A DNA stretch of 64,000 bases, taken from the NCBI GenBank assembly GCA_964658305.1, contig OZ210885.1, forward strand, positions 17,174,001 to 17,238,000, given 5' to 3'. Both the position numbers and the translations under genes were made by a program. The notes below the pieces were generated by a model that had not been told where the DNA came from, ran no database searches, and saw only the letters and a program-made list of their open reading frames with translations. The DNA is from Leptogorgia sarmentosa (lineage: Eukaryota). Shown in pieces: positions 51,166 to 61,568 of this stretch. Numbering within the stretch: position 1 is the first letter of the stretch; the number at the start of each line of letters is the position of its first letter.

Positions 51166-53819
51166 TAATTGCAACACAAAAAACTATATATATACGTAGT
51201 GAAATCTGTCTTGGACTGGAATAGTCTATACCTTCCGTCTGTCTTGGACTGGAATAGCCTATACCTTCTGTTGTTTTAGTAGATGACTCAGCTTTATTAC
51301 CTGTTCCTAAAACAAATTTAAGACAGTATAGTTATGTATCAACAAACATATAAAACTGGACATATATGTTAAAAAATTACAAGCAATTACTCAATATGTT
51401 CCCCGGGATCATGAGAACCGTATCCTGGCAACCTAAACAGCCGTGTTGTATCAGATGTACAAACTGGAGCCGAAGGCAAGAGTTTGTATATCCCTGATAC
51501 AACACGGACGCAAATGTTGTATAAATGGCTTGTGAAACCCTCAACTCATTCATATACCCGATGGAGCATTAAATTGTAGCGCGTGTTGCAGGTTTATTTC
51601 TTTTGCCTACAAGAAAATATATAAGTAACATTTGTCAGTTTTTTATTTAAATAATCCATTGCATTGCATCCATTGCACTCGATCATTTGCACGATTCAAG
51701 TAGAATTGAAGACTTATTTTCTCTCAAACTTTTAACAAATAGATATTATTTTGCCGCTGTCTGTTCTGTTATAGACATACATAACTTCAAAACGTGGCCA
51801 GTGTATAGGTAGCGGATAACAACATTAAACAGGCAGCGAAGTAGCTATTTTCTACTCACTACCTAAACGTTACAATAAGATTCCACGTTTCGAGCAAAAG
51901 CCCTTCAATACTAATTCCCAAAGAAGGGCCTTTGCTCGAAACGTCGAATCTTATTGTATCGTAACATAGTATGACGTCGTAACGTGGCAAGAACAAAAAA
52001 GCGGCCCACGTACCGGTCACTCAGTGAACTTAATATATTATCGTAAAATATTGCCGAACTACGAGGGTTTGGGGGTAATACCATGAAATTTGATTTCCTT
52101 GACGCTGATTGGCCAAAAAGCTTCAGGAACCGTGCGAATTAAACGTTAATTATACAGGCGTCTAATAATGTTTTTAATTACACGGTTATGAGGCCACATT
52201 TTAAAACAACTAAAACAACGCTAAAATTCTTGGTTTGTGCAATTTATGGTCAACTTTGAACATTGAAAATGTACTGAATGTGTACTACAATGATATTAAT
52301 AGGAAATTACACTTGTTGAAAAATTGCACGCGTGTTTGGCGAAGTCTGATTTCGCCCAACACGTGCGTGCAATTTTTCTTTGATACTTCGAGACCCGTGT
52401 AATTTCCTATACAAATAACTTTGATATAATTTTAAAATTATACATAGAACAACTAAGCGCTCAAAAATATAAACTAACATACATTCAGAATTTTGTATAT
52501 ACTAAGTTACCTCTTCAGGCTTGTTTATTACGGCTTGGAACAGTTGCTCTAGTGCAAGAGTAAACCGTTCTGCAAAGGGGCAAACTGGGTTGTGCCCCTT
52601 CTGGTGTTATGTCCCCATTTAACAAGCCATTGTATTTAGGGAGCATTTTCTTGGCCACAAACGTCAACAGACTGTCCCAAAATTTGCTTTTCAGATCTGT
52701 ATGTTCAAGTATCTGTCAATCAAAAATAGTCAAACACATTTTAAGTAATTTTTCCAATCTGAGGACTGGATTGGATTTCAAGTCCGTGCTTCGCCTCGGA
52801 GTGGATTTTGAACGGCAAGCACTTGAAATCTAGTCCAGTCCGAATTAAATGAATGAGTAGCTATAATTATTGATGAGTTCAAGAAATTGTTAAATATTGT
52901 AGGCTGGATACAGATATCTATATCGACTGAATATATTCATACACACCTTTCCAGTTGCATATAACAAGCCTGCCAGATAGATTTCTGACCGAACATCAAG
53001 TTTACTGTTTAAATCTGCCATATAGGTTTGGATGTCGTCGAATAGTTCATCAGTCATCATGTTCTTAAAGTCATCATGTAGTCTAATGATGACCGATATA
53101 CTTTTCGGCGCGTCATCAAGTAATGAATCCAGACTAGAATGACTTCAGATTCTTTCTTTAATAGAAAGTTTGGACACTTTCTTTTCGAAAGGTATTGGCA
53201 AAGTCCTGGTGAAAAGCCTATACAGTAGAGTGAGACATAAACATAATGAGAACTAATTGAACATAAACATATTTTTTCACAAATTGGCAAGTCCCACAAC
53301 TAACTTTTACGTGTCTTGGATTTAAATGCCCGGGTTCTTGCACGCACTTACAGGTAGTAGTCTGGGAAATTCATACCACCATACCTTTGATAATCCTCTG
53401 TACCCCATTCGAATTTTTTGAACGCTTTAATCAACTTTGCTTGATTAATTGAGATGACAGAGAGTGTACTGCCGACTCGATCATGTCCGAGAGTAACCTT
53501 CTTTGCCTGTTATTTAAAACATATGTTATCTACTAAACGATTAATTATAAACAGATATTTAAATTTTTTAATACAAAGCTGTTGTAGGCCACTTAGATCA
53601 TATCTGATATACACTTACTAATTACCAAGGTAATTAAAAATCATTAGTAATAAATGAGAAAACACAAAAGAAATCACAAACGTATCAGTGGACTTACTGT
53701 ATATTTCATAAAACTGTTCGTTAATTTGGCTAAAATTTAAGCCTTGATTTTATCTGGTTAAGACCACTTCTTATAATTTATACTTTGTACATACACCATG
53801 TTACTTTTTATTGCTGCAA

Positions 53820-53936
53820 GGCTTTCGATCCGTAAGGCCCGGATCTTCATCAGTGCTAACAGGTATATCTTTCAATTTTTTTCTGATATTATTAGCACTG
53901 ATGAAGATCCAGGCCGCCAAGGATAGAAAGCTTTCC
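53820..53936. ncRNA. Inverted pair of hammerhead-ribozyme-like motifs (Penelope-type)
   Basis: Minus strand CTGATGA-AGATCCGGGCCTTACGGATC-GAAA-GC; plus strand CTGATGA-AGATCCAGGCCGCCAAGGATA-GAAA-GCTTTC. Each is followed by an AATAAA-like sequence. Confidence 0.55.
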
Positions 53937-54070
53937 AATAATAAAAATTCATGGTATATCTACAAAATATAAACTACATAGCCTAGATCATATTTTCGCC
54001 ATGCAATTAACGTACAAAGAACTTAAAACAACTTCTATCTTGAAAATCTCTTCGTAATTAAACCGCATAA

Positions 54071-54223
54071 AGGCCGGTTTACACTATCACAGTTTCGTTA
54101 TCAAAGTATACTTGGATCCAGGTATTCGATAGTGCATGTAGACACCTTCCAAAGACGGTGGTTGCTTTGATGTGTTTGAACTGAGACTTCGATCATAGAT
54201 ACTTTGATAGTTTAAAGCGGCCT
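54071..54223. mobile_element. Harbinger-type MITE
   Basis: TAA|AGGCCGGTTTACACTATCA...TGATAGTTTAAAGCGGCCT|TAA (TIR plus TAA TSD). Confidence 0.65.
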
Positions 54224-54567
54224 TAAGATGTCTGCATAAGATGTCGTTTTTTTGAGCCATTTAAAGCACTAGTATTTCGTGATTTATGTATGTGATATAA
54301 AACAATTATACTGGTATATTAAATAGTACATAATATAAATACCTTATTATAAAGGAGAACAGTTAATTTCTCCAGAACAGTGAGATTATCTATATCATCC
54401 CACCACATTGGGATAGTTCTGTTCGCTAAACTGTCCAGAAGTTTTGCCTCTGTTCCAGCTAAATGTATAAGTAAAAAACGTGTTAGTATATGGTTATATT
54501 TATTTCTATTTGAACTTAAACGAGAATTTATAAACCATGCATTGAGCGAAGACAGTTCATAGTGTAT

Positions 54568-56603
54568 AATTGGAAAATTAAACGAAACTTACCTGGAAGT
54601 TGACGTTTGATTGAGATTCTATCACATGACCATGGGAGGCAGGGGATCACATGAGAAGCACTGCGCAGTCGTAGGTTCATTTTTTACAGTATCAATAGGT
54701 ACATGTGATCTCAATGACCACAGTATCGTCATGACTATAATAGGGAGTAGAAGGTGACAAACCTAAACCGTTAAGTTAAGGATCAGCTTTCCTGCAAGGA
54801 AAGTGGGTGGGATGAAGTCGTCAAAGGCAATCTTCCACCAGTGGGTGGGCATGTGATCCCCTGCCTCCCATGGTCATGTGATAGAATCTCAATCAAACTT
54901 CAACTTCCAGGTAAGTTTCGTTTAATTTTCCAATTCTATCACATGACCGAAGGCAGTGGATCCCATGAGACTTTAAAGCTCACATGGACCTGTTGACAAG
55001 AGGTGAATTATGCTGGATGTAAACAACACCAGTATAATATGCAAACAAATATGTTGATGAATAATAAATTGAATTTAATGAAATTTCACACAGTATAGAT
55101 GCCGTACTTACACGGCATAGATACATCATACTTGCTATTTCACAAGGAAGACAGCAAAGCTTCAGTCATGTCCTTAGTGCTGTCAGTTTGTAAGATTGGT
55201 TTATTATAGAACTTTTGAAATGTTTTTGCTGACTGCCACCCGGCTGTAGACATAATGATGTCTATCGGAACTGCTCTTGTATTAGCTTTAGATGTTGAAG
55301 CGGCTCTGGTGCTGTGCGGATGGAATCGGGTGGTGTCAATACCAGCATTGGTCATGGTTGTCTTTACCCATCGTGAGATGGTTTGTCGAGTGACAGCTTT
55401 ATAAGGCTTTTGATAACTGATGAAAAGTTTATTTTCACCATTACGTATGGTAGCTGTTCTTGATAAATAGTCTTGCAATGTTTTAAGGGGACAGAGTTTC
55501 TCGTTTAGCGGATATTTCTTAACTACAACTTTTGTTGCTGGCAAGCCGGGTTTACTGGTTTTCACATGTTCCATAATGTGAAAGTAACAGGCATCATTGG
55601 ACATTTGCATTCCATCTAAACTCATAAAGTGTACTGTTTGACCTCGCTGGCCTGACGTTAGCAAGATGATCATGACAAGTTTTAAAGTAAGCTGTTTTAG
55701 AGTTATATCACAATGAGGGTAAAATGTCGCTAAGTAATTCAGTACCACACCAACATCCCATGTCGCGTTATACTTTGGTGTGGGTTTATGTGCAAGAAAA
55801 ACAGATTTCATAAACCTACTCACAAGTGGATGAGAGCCAAAGTTCTCACATTCTCCATTAACAATGACATTGGAGAGGGCAGATCGTGCTGTCCCAATCG
55901 TGGAGTAGCCAAGTCCTTTATTGTGAAGTTGCATTAGGAAACTCAGAGCTTCCCTCATCGATGGTGAATGGTAATTAACTTGTCTTTGATGACAAAAGTC
56001 CAGCCATTTGTTAAGGTATGTTTCATATTGTGTCGTAGTTCCAGGACGCCAGGACTGCATGATGAAGTCTGTAATTTCTGCTGGAAGTTTGAAACGCGCA
56101 AAGGAATTCCGGAGACAGGACACACCAGGAGATGTAGTGTTTGATGTAGTGGGTGGACTGATATGATTGTGGGATGTTGGAGGAGGGTTGGGCTCGGAAG
56201 TATGACCCATGGTTGTTGGTATAACATCTGAAGCAGGCTTGGAAACCATGATTGTGTGGTCCACAGTGGGGCAACTAGTACACCCGTGGCTTGGTTTTCG
56301 CGAATCTTTTGTAAACACCTGGCAATAAGGCTGAAGGGAGGAAAGGCATAAAATTTTTTAGTGTTCCAATTAATGCTAAATGCATCAACTACTGAACAGC
56401 CAGGGTCTGGCTTCCATGAAGCATAATGGGGCAGCTGGTGGTTAAGTCGGCTGGCAAACAAGTCTATATTTAAATCTGGGTATTGATTTAAAATGGTCAG
56501 AAAGACAGATGTATTCAACATATATTCATGTTTGTCATGAAAATGAACCTACGACTGCGCAGTGCTTCTCATGGGATCCACTGCCTCCGGTCATGTGATA
56601 GAA
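54568..56603 (-). mobile_element. Internally deleted DIRS1-like element retaining both ITRs, the ICR, the MT domain and the YR
   Basis: Left ITR 56536-56603, right ITR 54568-54684, ICR 54850-54970. MT-like ORF 56521-55955 (DLFASRLN, YAFPPF). YR in 56318-55140 (SGQRGQT, KTSKPG, HSTRAASTS, AGW, FQKFY). gag, RT and RNase H are absent. Confidence 0.9.
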
Positions 56604-58730
56604 CTTACATCCAATGGAGTCTCGCTCATCAAAGATGGCCATAGCAGCCTCTACTGCTTTTGACTTTCCAGAAACTGGGTCCCCAATGGCAAGGGTGGGA
56701 GGTACACCCCCCAATGAGCTGTACAGTAACTCGAAGTGAAAGGCCATGGTCACCCCACCAAGTACAAGCAGTGCAGCATGTATGTCGTCGTCGAAGAATT
56801 TATGCAGTTCGTGCACCATCTGCTTGAGACTCTCTCCTCTGTCTAGATCACCTTGAAAGTATTAAGTAATAATAGTAAGATAGTAGTAATAACTCTTGTC
56901 TGGGTAAAGAGCCAGGTAGAACTCTTTACCCAGCGAAGAACTATTATTACTCTCCACAGATAAGGGCAAACACCGCTCAAGATTACAATAATACCTCTAT
57001 CCTCCTATTATTATTACAGGAAAACCTCGGCCAAGTATTTCATAGAAACTATTTATTACCTTCGTATGAATAGGACGACCTTTTTTACCCACAATCGTAT
57101 ACGGTGAATCATCCTCACTCAGTTTTACCACTTCGTCATTTTCTAACTTTAATTGCATAGCTTTGCTGAACACCCAAACAGGTGGTTCAGAATTTGGCTG
57201 GATCCCAAAAACCTGAAACGGAATATGCAACAACCACGTATATATACATATACATTATTACATGATATAATAATATTGATATACACGTTACTAGTAAGGT
57301 CAGATTTGACTTCCACCATGCATGCACCACACCTGAATCTCACTAATATTTATTGGGGAGCTTCATGTTTGATTACGCGCCCGTCTATGACACGGCCTGA
57401 TTTGGCGTTGTCGTAGATTCACATACTGCTTCTCGACCCCCGCCTATGTGTAGTTTACAACCTACCTATTTCAGGCCGCGTTGTAGACGGGCGCATCGTC
57501 AAATCTTAAGTTCCCTTTGCTGAGATTTATGTTACATTTCTACTTCTAGATTTGGTAAATTAAAATATCAAATACTGCTTTAGTTTTCGAACACGCAGGG
57601 AAATTTAATAATATGCGACGTTTCGAGCAAGGGCCCCTCGTCGGTAGTCGACATACCCGCGTTAATCTAAAAATTTCAGCAATAAAAACTGCAGTTCATG
57701 CACATGCACAGGAGTACGCTATTTCTTTATGAGAAAATTTAAAAATTAACTAACATTCCTTCACTGGAATGAACTTTTTACGGTGTTCATTCTTGTCATA
57801 TTGGTCGCACATTTTTTTCATCAACCCAGGGAGAACGTTTGTTTTATTTGGTGAAATCCAGAGACGACTCGAGACTAGCTTGTTAGTGATGGTGTATTGT
57901 TCACTCATGTCACGTCTTGTGAAAAATACACTGTCCAACTTGAGTGTTTAAAATTAAAATAGCAAGATCAAAACAAATACTTTGTTGATCAAACAGCCTT
58001 AAAGTTTTATTTAAAGCTATATATATATATAACTATAACGTATAACTATATCTTATACTGAAATATATAACAAAAATATTAACTGTAGTTCATGCGAAGG
58101 TTAAATCACAGAATTTTAAAATCCATTTATCACAATTGGTGCTTCATAAAGTCTGGTTTGAAGCATCTTACAATTTGAACAAATTTCGAAGCCTTTTCAT
58201 GGACGTCTACTAGCCAGGCATTTTTCTATTCCCAATTATATTCCCTTCGGGCTTAGAGATTTTACCTTAAAATCGTTCTAAAAAGTTTGTCTTTTTAATA
58301 GTTTTTCTCTCTCATCCGCGTGACAAATATTTGTAACTAATCCCGAAGTCAACCACAACCTTTGGCGGATATCGCAAAATCTTTCAAGGAATGAGTGAGT
58401 TCAAACTTTTCTTATATACGGTATATTAATCGAAATTGTTCAAAATTTATCATTGTGGTATTTAATATATAAATACGGGAGTCGGCTTTGTGGAGGTGGC
58501 CGCTAAATAGAGGTACACGCTAAAAAACCCCTGTGTGTGGTCACTTGCTGCGGCAATTGTACGCGCAAAGGGGAAGAAAATAGACCTGGATCTAGATATC
58601 TAGCCGATAGACTAAATTTGCAAGTGTTAAAACATAAATTTAACTGTCCTACTAAGCATCACCAGCATGACCATTATTTGTGGTTTTCTTGAAAAGGTGT
58701 TGCACCAAGTGAATCACACATGCTGGCCGC

Positions 58731-59235
58731 TTAAAGTGTTACTGCAACGAATTTTCCGACCCCTTTTTTATTGGCTTATTTTAAAGTACTTACTCTCCGA
58801 ATATGTTTACCGCAAACAGAATTAAAATTGCTCTTTTCAAACGGATTTTATGGCCTCTCAAAGTTGCGATTTTTGGCTACTTCCGTGCGACATTTTCGAC
58901 CACCATATTAATGCCGTGTGACGTCACAAGTGTAACACATTGTCAACATGGCGTATATTTCTAATAGACGTAAAGCTACTCGCGGAGGAAAACTCTGCGT
59001 TGCTGGCGGTCCTAACTTAGTTAGCTGCGTCAATGATAGCAAAACTGAAGGAGTATCTATGCATCTATTCCCTAATGAAGAAACAGATGCTCAGAGACAA
59101 AATAAGTGCGTGAAATTTGTTTGTAAACATAACCCGGGTTTTGACGCTACGGCGACCTCGTGCCTTCACTTCGAAGATTCGTGCTATGATACGAATCTAG
59201 AGTTAGCAAAATCGCTAAATATTAACTTGCTATGA
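58731..59235 (+). mobile_element. THAP-domain transposon 5' fragment (possibly Kolobok)
   Basis: ORF 58948-59235 reads CVAGGPNLVSC...SMHLFP...FV...CLHFEDSCY (THAP). Upstream TTAA|AG resembles a Kolobok end. No right end found. Confidence 0.5.
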
Positions 59236-60649
59236 ATTGTGACTAGTTTCCTTATCAAATCAAATCAATTTATTCTGCCACAGCTTAAGTATTTACAAAT
59301 TTAATAAATAGAAGGCAAGGAAGCCTAAAAGAAAGGGCCTATAAAATTGGGCCCTTTTACATACACACTTGTTCTGAGATATTGAGACGGCAATGTGGAA
59401 TTATACTGATATCAATATATTGATACCAAAATTAACAATATATCATTACAGATGAATATTAGGTAAAAGCAATAAAATATACATTCAGATTTAGCCTACG
59501 TCGGCTATTTTAATTAGGCTAAAGTCTAAACAGTCTTGAACTTTCACTTATCACTGTTCCAGAGTTATTCTACCGTCGCTTCTTTGTTCAATAGTTGCTG
59601 GCAACAATCCATCAGGATCTTCTGGAACACAATTCGTTTCCCCAGGTTCTGCTATAGGTTCGTCGTCGTACGCAAAGCAGTGCGATGTGACATGAACTAA
59701 CCAGCCATCCGACACCGGGTCATGCAGTTTCACTTGAACTTTCACACGATTGCGGGTCTCCGCCAGACTCGTTACTCGACATGAGCAAAATATATTGTCT
59801 TAAAATGCCTATGGTCAAGTTTTGTTTCAAAAGATATATATAAGTGATGAGTAACAGCACGCAACGAAAGAAAATAGGGGAGGGAAGGGTGGGACTTTGG
59901 AATGAAGTAAACAGGTCTTGCTCCTGACTGACTTCGGTAAAATGACCTAACCTTGACACTCGCGCCTTTTATACGTAGCATCGGAGTAAAATTCCCAAAT
60001 GTCGCAAACTCTCCCCGTGATATTTCGTTGCATGCATTACGTCATCGTTTCATTAGCTATAGTAAATCTAACTATATATTATATAATAGGGAAAGCAATA
60101 AAATTACCATTCGTGAACAAATAGTTCCTTTATCGCTTTCCCCTAACTGAACGATCTACCCATTCCTTAGCGGCAAATTTGCAGTACTGACGAGCTCTGT
60201 TTTCTGTGGATACAAACAATAAAACAATAACACCCATTTGGGAAAATAATGGCTATGTGCGTGAGCACATGCCGATTTATTAATCAATCCAAACTAAATA
60301 TTAATTTCCATAAATGCAAATAACAGTTCTCACAGAAAAGGTGGGGGCATTCTCCCGCCACAAGCCTCCTTGGATAGGAGGCACCCCCACCCGAGCCGAA
60401 CTGCAAAGAGCCCCACTAAACCGAACAAATGAGGTGGTAAATCAACTAATAACGCTATCAAATGGCACACAGTAAGGAACTGAAACCGGCCGTATGCCTT
60501 GCCCCTGCGTCAGCAAACGGCATGGAAACAGAACCATACCCGTACGGGGGATCAAAGAGAGATGTCCTGCGCGAATTTAAAACGGGGCTAAAAACGACAG
60601 CTATACCTGGTCAAATTATGCAGCCATATCGGTCCCTATTCGGAGAAGA

Positions 60650-61545
60650 TTAACTTCTCAAACTCCTCGTAGTTATGTTGGACACGCGAATGTACTTCCG
60701 GAATGCGTCAGATTTCCAACGCCCCATAAGGCGAATCTGAGTATCGGAAAAACCACAGTCCGCTGCGAAAGTGGCCGCAACAATACGAAAGCTGTGACCT
60801 TTATACTTAGAAGAATCGAGGCCACAGCTACGGAAAACTAATGACAAAAAGTCCGAAAACGTTTTACGAGAGACAGCGTGACCATCTAATGTTTGAAAAA
60901 GTGGACATCAGAGAGCCCCCTAGGCGACAAATAATCCAGAAGGCTCTGCACCGGGCATATGTCCGTACGGCGAGATAGTGTAATGGCAATACCCGGATGG
61001 TTATAGGAATGCTTAAAATCGACGAATTTAATCTTGAGGCCCGCGATAGCGCCAGACAGATCCACAAGCTTGACCACCTGCGTGGCTTGAAGAACCGCTG
61101 GAGACCGGGGACAGTAGGTAATTTCCCCAACCCGTAAAAATGCAAAAAATGCCGTGGTGCACATGGCACGGAATAAAAGGGCATTGTAAACATTAGAACA
61201 CAAAGACGGAATAATTGCGTTGATATTCAGCAGAATAGGTAATGTAATAGGAAGGCGGCTGTCAATGCGCAGGCCCATTTTCCTATAACCTTTCAACATT
61301 TCCATAACCCAAAACACTTTAGAAGGGTCAGGGAGCCCCATCACACGATGACAATAGCCAAGTGCAGACACATAGGTATTAGTAGTGGAGACCGCGTACT
61401 GATGTTGGAACATATAAGCAATAAACAAGCCCAGGTTTGAGGGGGACAATGGCAACGAAATAGATGCTGTGTTTAGCACCGAATGGGAAAACTGAGAATA
61501 AAGCTTCCATGCACGTCGATAGGTAGGGACCGATGATGGCTGCAA
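60650..61545 (-). pseudogene. Ngaro tyrosine recombinase (frameshifted near 60885)
   Basis: RLPIT, AFFAFLRVGE (R), FKHS, ICPV, GHSFRIVAAT (HxxR), MGRWKSDAFRKY. Confidence 0.88.
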
Positions 61546-61568
61546 GCCTGACTGCAGTAGATGGGAAG

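Larger units (their letters stand above)
50371..57938 (-). pseudogene. Multi-exon P-loop NTPase/helicase-like gene (DUF927/SF3-like), disrupted
   Basis: Phase-compatible GT-AG exons: 56851-56609 (LAIGDPVSGKSKA, Walker A), 54458-54343 (GTEAKLLDSLANRTIPMWWDD, Walker B), 53506-53385 (VISIN), 53217-52947 (RLFTRTLPIPF, one TGA) and 52712-52511. Probable further exons at 57938-57755, 57212-57060, several small ones at 51305-50600, and a last exon 50483-50371. Confidence 0.72.

Noticed and set aside
59551..59781. Possible first exon of the helicase-like gene (MSSNESGGDPQ...)
   Set aside because: It contains a stop/frameshift and has no convincing in-phase donor, so I cannot link it from sequence alone.
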